Source of the DNA: Squalus acanthias
Lineage: Eukaryota
Length of the DNA: 64,000 bases
Direction: 5' to 3'
Assembly: GCA_030390025.1 (NCBI GenBank)
Contig: CM059439.1
Coordinates: 52,452,001 to 52,516,000, forward strand
Positions 26,571 to 39,463 of this stretch are shown in pieces. Made by a program: the position numbers and the translations under genes. The notes under the pieces are model-generated. The model ran no database searches and had not been told where the DNA came from. It saw only the letters and a program-made list of their open reading frames with translations. Position 1 is the first letter of the stretch, and each line of letters opens with the position of its first letter.

Positions 26571-26909
26571 TTGACCTCAGGATGTGCCTGTTTAAAGCAA
26601 GTAGTAGACAATGTGGCTATAAAGGGACGCGATCTACCATACCAGCAGAATACATTGTGGGTTAAACCGTACAATGCTAATGATGTTTACAAACTGCAAT
26701 ACTTGCTGTTGGTAATCCTAAGGGTAATCATGTCTGCACAAAATAAAACTCAGTACTTACAATTAAAATAGCAATCTCACTGGTAATACACTAGGTAATT
26801 TTTTTTTAATGAGCACTATTGGTACAGAACTCTGTTGTACATATTTTTCCGTCGTGATTTTGTTTGTTTAATGGCTATCTGCAAACTATACTTCCTGTCT
26901 GCTACTACT

Positions 26910-28575
26910 GGAATCATAGAAATTTATGGCACAGAAGGAGGCCATTCGACCCATCGTGTCTGCGCTGGGTGAAAAAGTTATCCAGCCTAATACCACTTTC
27001 CAACTTTTGGTGCATAGCCTTGCAGGTTACGGCACTTCAAGTGCATATCCAAATATTTTTTAAATGAGAGACAGAAACCCTCTTCAGACAGTGCGTTCCA
27101 GACCCCCATTGCCTTCTGGGTGAAAACATTTCTCCACTCCCCTCTAATCCTTCTACTAGTTACTTTAAATCTATGCCCCTGGTTATTGATCTCTTTGCTA
27201 AGTGAAATAGGTGCTCCCTATCCACTCTATCTAGGTCCCTCAATTTTATACACCTCATTTAAGTCTCCCCTCTGCTTTCTCTGGTCCAAAGAAATCAACC
27301 CCAGCCTATCCAATCTTTCCTCAAGCTAGAATTCTCCAGTCCTGGCAACATCCTCGTAAATCTCCCCTCTATCCTCTAAAACAATTTCATCTTTCCTGTA
27401 ATGTGACCAGAACTGTACACAGTACTCTAGCTGTGGCCTAACTAGTGTTTTATACAGTTCTAGCATAACCTCTCTGCTCTTCTATTCTATGCCTCGGCTA
27501 ATAAAGGAAAGACTCCCGTATGTCTTAACCACTTTATCTACCTGTCCTACCTTCAGAGATCTGTGGGCATGCACTCCAAGGTCCCTCTGTTCCTCTACAT
27601 TTCTCAGTGTCCTACCATTTATAGTGTATTCCCTTGCCTTGTTAGCCCTCCCCAAATGCATTACTTCACACTTCTCCAGATTCTTCATCTTCCTGCAGTC
27701 TACAGCTTTCTTCCTCACTATTGACCACACGGCCAATTTTTGTATCATCTGCGAACTTCTTAATCATGCCCACCTAAACTGGGTATATAGGAACAGGAGT
27801 ATGCCGTTCAGCCCCTCGGTTGGATCTTAACTCCATTTACCTATCTTGGTTCTATAACCCTTAATACCCTTACCTACCAATCTCCGATTTGACATTTTCA
27901 ATTAGCTTGGGCTCAACAGCTTTTTGGGTTGGGATGAGGGAAGGAGTTCCAGATTTGCACTAACCTTTGAGTGAAGAAGTGCTTCCTGACATCACCCCTG
28001 AACTGCCTAGCTCTAATTTTCAGGTTATGCCTCCTTGTTCTGGACACTCTCACCAGAGGAAATAGTTTCTCTCTCTTCCTATGAAATCCCATTTGAGCAC
28101 TTTGATCTTCTATACTTGAGGAATACAAGCCTAGTCTATGCAACCTGTCTTCATAATTTAACCCTTTTAGCCCTGGTATTCTGGTAAATCTGTGCTGCAC
28201 CCCTGTGTGCGCCCCCCCCTGGCTAATCCTGAGGCGTGGTGCCCAGAACTGAATATACTACATCAGATGGGGTATAACCAGAGCATTCTGTAACAGTAAC
28301 TTCCATCCCTTTATATTTCAGCCCCTACATAAAGGCCAGCATTCCCATTAGCCTTTTTACTTCTTGTTTGTAGATATACACTAACTTTTGGTGGTTTCTG
28401 TACATGGACCCCTAAATCTCTGCTCCTCCACAGTTCCTAGCTTTTCACCATTTAGAAAATACCTGATCTATCTATCTTGGGTCCAAAGTGGATGACCTCA
28501 CACTTCCCCCACATTAAACTCCATCTGCCAGTTTTGCCCACTCATTTAATCTATCAATGTCCCTTTGCAACTTTC
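26910..28575 (-). mobile_element. Two tandem CR1 LINE 3' fragments
   Basis: EKCEVMHLGRANKAREYTINGRTLRNVEEQRDLGV and RKHFFTQRLVQIWNS RT C-terminal segments. Confidence 0.85.
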
Positions 28576-31500
28576 ATTATATTGGAAGTGATTGAAACAT
28601 GAGTCAGCAGAAATCTGTTTGGATGTGTTGAATTATGTTAGTATATGCAACATGTTTGTGAGGAACATGATCATTTTTTAAACCGGGTTTGTCTATATTT
28701 AAAAGAAGCTGTTTTGTTTGCAAAGTGAAATTGAATAGAATGCTATTTAAACACACGGGAAGATGTGCATGTTCTCCATTATTGCGCAATGGAAACCGTC
28801 TTGCTGTATTGGTCAGTCCTTTGTGAAAAACGTGAATATTGCTAAGGAAAGATGTTGCAGTTTTTTAACAATTGTTATTTAGGTTCGAGGATTTGATTTA
28901 TTGATCCAACAATTGCTTTGCAATGGTCAGGTTAATGTAATCGATCTAAACTGGTCTGTAGTTATTTTGTTTTAAGCAGCTGTTTACTTTGATCTGAACT
29001 AGCTTTTTCATATTTGTACAAATTGAGCATAAAAACCATACAATTTAAGGTTTATTACAAGAAGTATTGCTCCTTACATTGTAGAATGTTGTATTAAGTG
29101 GCTTTCTATCCTAGTGTTTATTCCTCCCCATTCCACTTGGAAGTGAGAAGGACGGACTAAATCTGATGGTGTTGGCAATCCCTAGGAACAAATTGAGATT
29201 TACCTAGGTAAGTTTAAAAAAATAAAAAAAAATAAATAAATAAATTCTTGGATGGATTTATGCTGGCAATCCCATATTTATTTCCCATCCCTTGCTGCCC
29301 TTTAGGACATTGAGTCAACCATGTAGTGTGGAACTGGAGTTGCATGTAGACAAGACCCAGGTAGGGATGGTGAGTTCCTTTTCCTTGGATCATAGAATCT
29401 TGTAGCACATATTCGGCCCATTGTGCCTGATTAGTCCCCGAAGGACATTAATGAACAAGTTGGGTTTTTGCAACAATCCAGCAGCTGCTTGTCCTTTTCT
29501 GGTGCTGGCCCACAAATTGCCAAATTTATTGAATTCATTTTCACAACAAATGGTGGGATTTAAATTCATCACCTCTGTTGCTTGTCAAGTACCATAACCA
29601 CTGGGCTACTGTAACTTAAATCATTCAATGAGATACTAGCATTTCAATATTTCCAGCTATAAAAATGTTATGTTTCCTATCATCGGGAATTAAACCTAAA
29701 CTTTAAAGTGATGAAAATCAAACTTGACTTCTCAGCAGGGAGGAGAGGAAATTGGGGGGGAGGTTCACACTTAATATCTCTAGCAGCAGGTTACAGGAGA
29801 CTTTGGTGGTACTAGAAGCAGGCTGCAAGGTCTGGTAGGTAAAGAAAAAGGGAGCAAAATACAGAAGCATCCAGAAATACCCTCTTTTTAAATAAAAAAA
29901 AAAATCAGATTCACCCACTTCTTTTGATGACAACCAACAAAAATATATACAAATTAAAACTGACTTGGGAGTTCCTATCCACAATGGCATAACGGAGCTG
30001 AATTGAAAGAGCAGCAGATACTGTAAAGGAGGATGTAGAATATGGTTTTATTTATAGTGGAGCAACATGATCTCAATGTGACACTTTGCTTGAACACCAG
30101 TAAAAAGTTCATGCTTGTGAGAAGTCAACTGGTCACAAGTTAATCTTTAGTTTTGAAAATTGTATTTTTCTTTCCATATCTTGCAGTTCCATTGTGTGTA
30201 ATAACAGTGATGTAATGCTTCATTAATGTGGAAATACTGCATTAAATACCTTTGCATTGTTGGTCACTTACAATCATTAAAGGAGTTCTTAATGAAAAGT
30301 TGTGGCAAATTATGCCCAATGGCATGAGGAAAGGGGATAAAAATTGTGTGCTTGTAATTACATTGACTTGTCGTTGACTTTGTGTTTCCAGTGAAATGAA
30401 AAGGCTTGCCTTTTTCTTGGGACAATACCTTTAAAGCACCCCAAGTGTGCTTTCAGTTACAGTTTAATTAAGCTCCATCACATTGAGGGCATAGCAAGGA
30501 AACTAATATGGAAGAGGTGGAAGGCTAAGAGGGTATTAAGGAAGTTTGAATAAATATTGGAAACAGGAAGGTGCAGGGCAATGGGAATAGTTTTGGATTG
30601 CTCTAACCAAGAGCTGGCACAGGCATCATGGGCCAAATGGCCTCTTGTGCTGTAAAATGTTATGGTTTTTGAAGTGAAGGTCCCTTTTGAGGAGACCACA
30701 TGAATTTTATTTGGTTAATAGGCAGTTGCAGGATTAGTGTGTTTTTAATTGGAGGTGTCTTAGGCTAATATTTTTGAGTATTTGGTGCAGGTAGTGGGGC
30801 AGAAACCATTTTAATGGGAAGGTGGTGTATTAGTTAGAATACTCAAGTTGATGAACTTCAGTCACATGTTTTCCCAGTAATGTTTAGCAGTTGGGTTTCA
30901 CGTTCAAAACTACTTCACACACCGAGCGCCATGGCTTTAGTATTCCCACCTATAGCTGAATGCATGGGACTTTACAAAATACAAAAAAATAGGATCACCT
31001 CCATGTTTCATTACTCAAGATTGTGTGTATTTCATGGGAAAGATTTGAGGAAATTCAGCTAAGCAGCAGTATCTACCAGGTATAGCCTTTCTGCCATTTT
31101 TAAGTTACCAGAGGATGTGACTAATGTTAGTTTATATTGGAAGGTATTTCCTTTCAATCCACAGCAACATGTTTCAATTAACTTCAGTAATCTCCGTTCA
31201 GAAATATATCTGTTAATGTCATTCAGAGTGCACTGAGACTATGGAACACACCTGATGTATCCTGGAACAATCAGTAAACATGTACAATTCTACATGTAGC
31301 ATAAAAAATAAGGGTGTAATCTAGTGATTTGTAACCTAATGGTAAGGCTTAGATTAATTTTTATAAATGGCTTCAGGTAGCTCTTGCAGTTGATGGCATC
31401 ATTCTGTTAAGTCACAACATTGAAAGCCATTATCAAGCTATCCTTCAATTTTACCCCTTCTTGAAGACATTGATTCATGCTGGTATACCTGTCAAAGTGC

Positions 31501-34299
31501 CAAGTTACTCTTGTGTATCTTGTGCAAGTGGCTATTCATCCAAGTCTAGATGGTGAATTCTGTTTTTTGCCAGCGTCCAGGATGCACTGTTTACTGTGGG
31601 GTCGTGTGATAGCAACATGGAGGAGGAATTGGCAGCTGATGACATATCAAACATATTAATGTATCGAACATAATCTATCTTTGTGCTGTGAAAAAATCTT
31701 GTTTCACTACAGTTCATTGAAAAATCTTATACCTGCAATTCATTTAAATTGACTAATAGCTACATTGTACACAAGAGCCAGAAGGTTTGAGTCAGAATAT
31801 GTTCACGTAAAAATGCACAGCAGTGGTTTGCAGAAGAAAAATAAACTTTCCAGTTGGGAAAAGAACCAATTGAAATTATTCAGCTGGTTATTCTATATTT
31901 TATTTTCCAGTTCTCTCTTTTCTCTTACACAATTAAAGGCATTAACCCATGCTGGGGTACAGTTGGAAGATCGCCAGCACCATTGATAACTTGCACAAGT
32001 GGCCATTCCTTATTCATGAGCTTAAACAGTGGCTTCTGGCAGGCTTTTTCACCATTGAGTTGGATCATGCTCTCAAGAGGCATCCACACACTCTGCACCT
32101 TCCTGCAGGATCACTTCAGAGCAGTAACATGAGTGCAAGCAGCCCTCGGATTCTTTGCCAGAGTGGTCATTCTTTGGTGCTCCACCCCACTGGTTGAACT
32201 ACACGCACAGATGAGCTCTCTTTGATCTTTAACAGCCAGCCACAGTGTAGGCTTTCTAGCAGGAGCCACTTACTAATGCTCAAAAGCTCTTTCACCATAC
32301 AGGAAACACACATTTTGTGCTCCTCCATACCCCCCACCAAGTTCAGGGGCACTGATGATTGCTGCTCCTCATGTTTCCAGCATTTACCCCAGTCCAACAT
32401 CCATCTTTGCAGCCTCATCTAAAGGATGCAGGCTTGAGTGCATAGTGTGCAAACAACTTAGACCATCACCAGTTTTGTCTTGAGCTCTTCAAGCAATATT
32501 GTTTCCTCTCCTATAAAATATTACTCTAGCTTCTCCCCTGCCTTCCCCCTCCCATCCACATCAGACCCAGCTCTGTTCGTGACCACTTGACTACTTCTCC
32601 CTGGTCCAATACTTGCGTCATCCACTGCTTCCTTTCCTCTGGCATTGTTTTGCGCTTTCAAAACTGCTGTCATTACCTTTTGTCCTTTCCTAAAAAGCCC
32701 ACCCTCACATCATCTGGCTTCTCCAAACACTTCCATTTCCAACCTGGTCTTCAAAAGTCCTTGAATGCATTGTTGCCAACCAACTTCATGTCACTCCCTT
32801 CAAACTAGTTTAAATTCCACCCCCAGGCCTGGACAAAGTCACCAGTGATATTCTGTTATCCCTTCCCTACCTCAATGCGATGGATCATTTGATCCTGCTG
32901 CAGTGACTCTCCTTTGGCCCATTTCTGAGACTGCCTTTTCATGGTCCCATTCCTACCTAACCCACTAGTCAGCACATCTGCAAAGGTTTCTAGTATGCCC
33001 CAAATGTTCCATCTTTGATCTATCTCTCATCTACATATTGCTGTTCAGCAAATTATCTGTAAACATAGGGTCAGCTAACAATACCCAGTTTCACCTCTAC
33101 ATCACCACCCTGTATTCCACAGCTGTTACTGTGCATTGAGTTGTATGAGCCAGAACCATTTCCAGCTCAATCGGCATAACTGAAGCCATCCTATTTGACC
33201 TCTGCTTAAAAACTTTGCACCGTAGCCTTGATTTTTATCCCTCTTCCATCTCTTGGCTCGGGTTAAAGCAAAGGGTGTGCAACCTCTGTCCCAAGCATCA
33301 AACCCCCACATCCAGTCCAGCTACAAGGTGGTCTATTTCCACCTCATAATTATTCCACCTCTGTCCCCACCTCATCCCACAGCTTCTGAAGTGCTCATCT
33401 GCACCTTAATTACTTCAATGCTCTTGCTGGACTTTCTGGTTCCACCCTACACAAAATCTGAATTCACCAGAACTGGGCTGCCTGTATCTATGTCCTGCTC
33501 ATCTATACCCCTTGGCCTTGTGTTCCCAGCACATTGCCCTGATTTACAGATCCCACCATGGCATTCCTCCACCCTATTTCTGTAATCACCTGCCACCATA
33601 CTCTCCCGGTTGCACTGTCCATTCTTCCAATTCATGCCTCCTGTGTCTTCCCTGGCAGTAGTAAAGCCTTCAGCTAGCAAGCCTCTGCCCTCTGAAATTT
33701 TTATCATAAGCCCTTCCACTTTGCTACAACTTTCGCCACCTTCAGAATTCTCTTCAAACTACTATAATGTTTGAATTAAACTATTAGTACTGGATGGTCC
33801 ACTGGTTTAACTGCCCTATTCTTTCACTTGGACTTGGTTTTGAAATAAGCCCAGATGGATGGCATGAAATTATTCCCTTTGTTGGCTAGAAGGTGTCCGC
33901 CTTGGCTCTGGTGATAGCGTCATCAGAGTCAGAAGGTTGTGGGTTCAAGTTCCACTCCAGAGACTTGAGCACATAAGTGCAGTACTGAGGGAGTGCTGCA
34001 CTGCTAGAGGTGTTGTCTGTCAGATGAGCCATTAAACCAAGGTCTTATATTGCAAAAGGATATTTAATTCAAGTCCTATTTGTCAAAGTAGTAGATATGG
34101 TGTAAAAAGTGCCTCAAAATAATGCAGGTCAATAGCTTTAAGGTAGAGCGTTTCATTGCATAGAAGAATCATTTATTTTAAAATGAGGGAGATATTGGCT
34201 ACTGAATCCTAAATATTATAAAAGGTGTCTGTACATTTATACATGTGTCTCAATCGCCTTTTATTGCCGTGTTTTTTTCTCCTTTTTTAGACAATTTTC

Positions 34300-34580
34300 T
34301 TGAAGCCTGGGCATGGTTCCATGGCCTTTCAGTATCTCACCTAAATGGCCATTCTTCATTTATGAGCCTAGACAGTGAGTATTGGTAGGCTATTTGATCA
34401 TGGGAGCATCAAAGCTGAGCTCGCAACTGCCCTCGACCAACATCCACATGCAAATTTACCAGCAGGAATCACTGGCCAGTAATTGGAAACCCGTGTTGAT
34501 TTTCTCCTACTGCTACCCTGTCTGGGAATCAAATATAGCACCTTCCCAGTCTGCATAGCTCCGTACCACACCAGTGCATT
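34300..34580 (-). mobile_element. AmnSINE2-like tRNA-derived SINE
   Basis: Reverse complement carries ctcactgtctaggctca.a.atgaagaatggcca; further copies at about 17980-18200(+), 49580-49900(-), 54250-54495(+), 55755-55975(+), 61225-61510(-). Family name from memory. Confidence 0.6.
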
Positions 34581-34604
34581 TAATAATTACTTGTATTTAA
34601 ATAG

Positions 34605-34780
34605 TTGTAACTTAAAACCTGTTACATCTCTAACTTTTTCCAGTTCTGATGAATGGTCATCGACCTGAAACGTTAACTCTGTTTCTCTCTCCACAGATGC
34701 TGCCTGACCTGCTGAGTATTTCCAGCATTTTCTGTTTATTATTGCAGATTTCCAGCATCTGCAGTATTTTGATTTTGTAT
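34605..34780 (+). mobile_element. Penelope-like element terminus with hammerhead-like motif (34642-34678)
   Basis: AGTT-CTGATGA-ATGGTC-ATC-GACCT-GAAAC-GTT-AACT followed by the same tail as the 38293 and 43842 copies; T/T mismatch at the base of stem II. Confidence 0.75.
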
Positions 34781-36016
34781 TTGTATAGTGTTCCTCATGT
34801 TGAAAGGATGTCGGGATATTGAGAGGGAAGAACAAGTAGATGGAATTAGGCAATGGGGACTGAAAGGGTATGTGCCTTTTTGAAAAGTCTTTTGAAAGGA
34901 AGGGAGGAGATTTAGTGAGGGGGTGTGCGAACATAGGCCATCAGAAGGGGAGTACAGGGAATGGGGAACAATGAACATACCTGTGTCAGAAGAGTGAAGT
35001 ATGAGGAGGTGGGATAGGGGTGAGTTCATGATGACATTTTAAAGGTAAGGGCAAGGATTTTGGAGTTTGATGCAGGGAGCCTATGGAACTCGTCGGGGAT
35101 GGAAGTGTGGGGTTTTGAACGTGTAAGGAAAGGATTATAGCATTTTGCATGAGTTCCAATTTATGGAGGGTGGAAGCAGGGAAGATGGGATAAGAGCACT
35201 AGTGGTCACACCTTGAGATGATGGTCATGGATGAGAATTTCAGCAACAGTGGTAGAGGTGGAGCTGGAAGAAGGCAGTCTTGATGACTGAGCAAATTAAA
35301 CTTGAAATAGACCATGCCAAGGTTCAGCATTGCTGGTTGGGGAAGTTGATGAACTAAGTAGAGAGGCATGGGAGGAGAAAAGGGTGTTTCTTGTTTTGTC
35401 TGCATTCAGTTGAAGGAAATGTTCATGCATCAAAAACTTGGGCATCAGGAGTTACTGCTCTCTGTTAAACTGCTGGTTGGAGGAGCCTGGGAGCACTAAC
35501 TTTGTGTGAAGCTCCATTGACTGACATCATGAATTGTGTTTAAGATGTCATTAAGTTCCAGTGCCATCATTAATGGGGGAGCGATGTCCACAAAATCTAC
35601 TTCATGGCACTGGAGCAGAACTTCATGATGTCACAGAAAAAAATATTTACAAATAAAACATCTGGTCCCAGACTGCTTCCAACCAGCAGTTCTACAGTTT
35701 GGGGGGGGGAAGACACACAGCTATCTCACCTTGTATATAACAATATTATTGAGACATTCTATTTTACATGCGCATGTGCACTCAGTGGCCCAAATGCTTA
35801 CCCTTGCAGTACAGTACCTGTTTAATCCCATGGAAGGCACATGCAACCTTCCTAGATGGATGCTCAAACAATCACGTAGCACAATGTTGGAAAAGAGCAA
35901 GAAGTGCCCATTATCTGAGAATGTAATACTTTCCCCGGCAGTCAATGGTCAGCAATTCATGCTCTCAAAATACTGTGTGTACTGCTTGATTAAGAAAATT
36001 AACAAATGTGATTATC

Positions 36017-36550
36017 TTATTCCACAAGCGAACTACAATCAATTTTCACTACATCTAATGTTAGTTTCCCTCCGTAGGGGATTTCCATTCTAGATAAGGA
36101 AGGAAGAGGCATGAATGAAAAGGAGTCTGCAAAAAATTCACTGTTGGTCTCTGTAGTGTTGTCAGTAACATGTAGGAAGTTGGAGGGGATGTAACCAACA
36201 TTTTGGTTCATTATGGAGTTGTTTGAATCTGTGAGCTCCTGGTTAATTTCCACAGAGGGCAGCTTTTCAATGTATAAACAAGGGAGTTGGCACTTGTAGT
36301 CCAGAATGTTCTCTTGGCTGTTCCCTGGTGAAAGACCTCCTTGGCTCAGTTCCTTGCTCTGTTGCAGCTGACTAGCTGTGGACTGAATTAGTAATACGGA
36401 TAGCTGGCTACACTGATTTTGGTCAACAATCTCCACACTGCTGCAGAATTCCTGCTCGGATGACATTTCTTCTACTTGTAGAGTCTCGGGATCTTCATAA
36501 GTGGAAGTTGATTCCGTTTGGAAGTCGGTGTATGTTAAGTCCATCTTGCC
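36017..36550 (-). CDS. IL12RB2: IL12RB2 terminal coding exon, cytoplasmic tail
   Basis: GKMDLTYTDF...EDPETLQVEE...GYIPSN...GGKLTLDVVKIDCSSLVE*; matches recalled IL12RB2 EDPEPL, GYLPSN and DKLTLDQLKMRCDSL; SERBP1-IL12RB2 tail-to-tail synteny supports identity. Confidence 0.93.
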   Translation of the reverse strand, partial: GKMDLTYTDFQTESTSTYEDPETLQVEEMSSEQEFCSSVEIVDQNQCSQLSVLLIQSTASQLQQSKELSQGGLSPGNSQENILDYKCQLPCLYIEKLPSVEINQELTDSNNSIMNQNVGYIPSNFLHVTDNTTETNSEFFADSFSFMPLPSLSRMEIPYGGKLTLDVVKIDCSSLVE

Positions 36551-36991
36551 CTGTAGTAAGAAAAGCGAGCAGATTCAGGAATCGTGCATCTGTAGATCAA
36601 ATTTCAAAAGTGCAAATAACCATGGATAAGTACATTTTATAATTTTTTAATGGGTCTTTAGGTAAATTTTCCCTTTCCCCTCACTGAATTTTTTTGTATT
36701 TTTAAGAATCTTTTTCTGCTGGCGGGATAGAAGCTTGCAGTTAAGAAGGTGGGCCTCTCACAGGCAAATGTGAACGTTGCCTGTAATTGGTTGCCACGAG
36801 GCAGCAGAGACCATGATTTTCACTCCCTCCTATTTGGAGATGCTGCAGGAGGTTATGATCAATCTCTTTGGCCTGTTTTGGAAATGTATGAAATATAAAC
36901 CAATCGAAGACCTCTTAAAATCAAATGGGTGGCAACCCCAAAGTTGCGTACCAACCCGATGAGGGGTAGTGACGCTTGGGCACCTGATTAA

Positions 36992-37049
36992 AATGGGTTA
37001 GAAGAAAATTCACTCAAAGTAATGGGTTAGAAGAAAATTCACTCAAAGT
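36992..37049. repeat. Perfect 29-bp tandem duplication
   Basis: aatgggttagaagaaaattcactcaaagt at 36992-37020 and 37021-37049. Confidence 0.95.
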
Positions 37050-38292
37050 AAAAAAAAAAACATCCAAGAGACAAAAAGATGGTTATATCTGAAAGAAAGC
37101 GGTTTGATTGTGTACCTCTGTTTTCTTTGCCGAAATTATCCTTGAGCATTGAAGAAATACTGTTACTGAAATTGATCATTGATAATATTGGAGGTTATAG
37201 GGAAAGGCATAGATTAAATGCTCCACGGGACACGATGCTTTGTATTCTGCTCGAGGGAGGGGGTGGAAATGATGTCTTTGGAGGGCAGCTGGCCAGATTG
37301 AATTGTAGAGATCTGAGGAGGGATGAATATGCTGAAGTTTTGACTATCTTTACTGATTAGGGGCATATATGCAGAGGCCTAAATGGATGGATTAGTTATG
37401 ACTGGATCAATCTTTGATTTTCTGTTGCGGAAAAAGTTAACCCTATTCTGTTTAAAAAGTAGAGTTTCACAGTTTTCAGGTGTTGGGAAAGAATGCATCA
37501 GTGTAGGAAATTGCATGATGAGTCTTGATTTCACTGCAGAGGAACAGCATGTAGGATTGCACTTTTAGCTTGTTGGGGGGGTGGCTGGGGGGAGGGAAGA
37601 AGAGAAAGTTCAGAGGAGCACTGACAATTGTAGAATTATTGTAGAGATAAAGCTTGTGACAGAGTTGTTGGCCAGAGGTAAGCAAGGGCTAAACTTATCA
37701 GACAATATTTTGTAAAAGGTGGGTGGGGTCGGTCGGTTGTTTCTGTGCAGAGCAAATTTTAAGTGGTGTTTTCTTGTGCATATGTGAATTGCTGTGATAT
37801 CTGGGGCCAATCAGCAGAAGTTGCTTTTTCCTCTATTTAACTATTCAGCATGGTGTATGCCCCCCAGAGTGGGTTTTCAAAATCCACAGACAAACTGCCA
37901 TCAGAGTGGACATCGCTCCCTGTCTTATTGATTCCCCTTCCTAACTCAGGCCAGTAACTTTATCTGCAAGAAGCTTTGGCAGGATTGTTGTACAGTGTTT
38001 TAAAACTGGTCCTCCTCACCCAGTTTAAGTGTCAGCCTGGCTCAGTTAATGGCACTCTCTTCCCCCTTGAGTCATAACGTTGTGGGTTCAAACCCCGCTA
38101 TAGACTTGAGCACATAATCCAGGCTGACACTTCAGTACAGTACTGAGGTAGTGCAATCTTTGGATGAGATGTTAAACCGAGACCCCTTCTGCTCTCTCAG
38201 GTGGACGTAAAAGACTCCGTTGCACTATTCGAAGAGCAGAGAAGTTCTCCCGGTGCCCTGGCCAATATTTATCCTTCAAGCAACATCCCTAA

Positions 38293-39030
38293 AATAAATA
38301 AAAACAGAAAATGCTGGAAATATTCAGCAGGTCAGGCAGCATCAGTGGTGAGAGAAACAGCTAACGTCTCAGGTCGATGACCCTTTCAGAACTGGATAAA
38401 GTTAGAGATGTAACAGATTTTTAAGCAAGGGCAGGGATAGGGTGGAGGGGAGGAAAGAACAAAGGGAAGGTCTGTGATGGGATGGAAGACAGGAGAGATT
38501 AAGTGACAAAAGGGATGATGCTGCAAGGCAAAAGGAGATGGTAATGGGACAAGTTAAGAAACACAAGATGAGTCTAGATGAGGTGTAAATGAGAATGGCA
38601 GAATCATCAACAGCTGTCGTGAAAAAAAAATAGGGGTGGAGGTTATGGTCTGAAATTGTTGAACTCGATGTTGAGTCCAGAAGGCTGTAAAGTGCCGAAT
38701 CGAAAGATGAGATGCTGTTCCTTGAGCTTACACTGTTCTTACGAAGCTCAACGTAAGAGGCTGAGGACGGAGAGGTCAGAGTGGGAGTGGAGCAGAGAAT
38801 TAAAGTGACAGGCGACCGGAAGCTCGGGGTCACCCTTACGGACTAAACGGAGGTGTTCCGCAAAGTGGTCACCCAATCTGCGTTTGGTCTCCCCAATGTA
38901 GAGGAGACCGCATCATGAGCAGCAAATACATTATACTAAATTGCAAGAAGTACAAGTAAATCACTGTTTCACCTGGAAGGAGTGTTTGGAGCCCTGGACA
39001 GTGGGAAGGGAGGAGGTAAAAGGGCAGGTG
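38293..39030 (-). mobile_element. Penelope-like retroelement 3' part, GIY-YIG endonuclease pseudogene plus terminus
   Basis: Minus strand reads FTCTSCNLV*CICCS*CGLLYIGETKR and EQHLIFRFGTLQPSGLNIEFNNFR (Penelope GIY-YIG); hammerhead core degenerate (CTGA..., GAGAC). Confidence 0.88.
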
Positions 39031-39072
39031 TTCCAGTCGCCTGTCACTTTAATTCTCCGCTCCACCTCTGAC

Positions 39073-39463
39073 ATTTTTTTATTCGTTCATGGGATGTGGG
39101 CATCGCTGGCAAGGCTAGCATTTATTGCCCATTCCTAATTGCCCTTGAGAAGGTGGTGGTGAGGCTTGCTCGGCCATTTCAGAGGGCAGTTAGGAGTCAA
39201 CCACATTGCTGTGGGTCTGGAGTCACATATAGGCCAGACCAGGTACGGACGGCAGATTTCCTTCCCTAAAAGGACATTAGTGAACCAGATGGGTTTTTAT
39301 GACAATCTGGGAGTTTCATGGTTACCATTACTGATACTAGCTTTTTATTCCAGATTTATTTACTAACTGCATTTAACTTCCCCAGCTGCTGTGGTGGGAT
39401 TTGAACTTGTGTTTCCAGCCCAGGCCTCTGGATTACTAATCCAGTAACAAAACCACTATGCTA
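39073..39463 (-). mobile_element. tRNA-headed shark SINE with LINE-like tail
   Basis: Head gtagcatagtgg...gttcaaatccc, tail gcccacatcccatgaacgaataaaaaa; inserted into an inverted Penelope segment. Related copies at about 29235-29612(-) and 2727-2810(-). Confidence 0.75.

Noticed and set aside
38360-38394. Hammerhead in the long Penelope copy
   Set aside because: Core has lost TGA and GAAA is mutated to GAGA, so it is predicted inactive.
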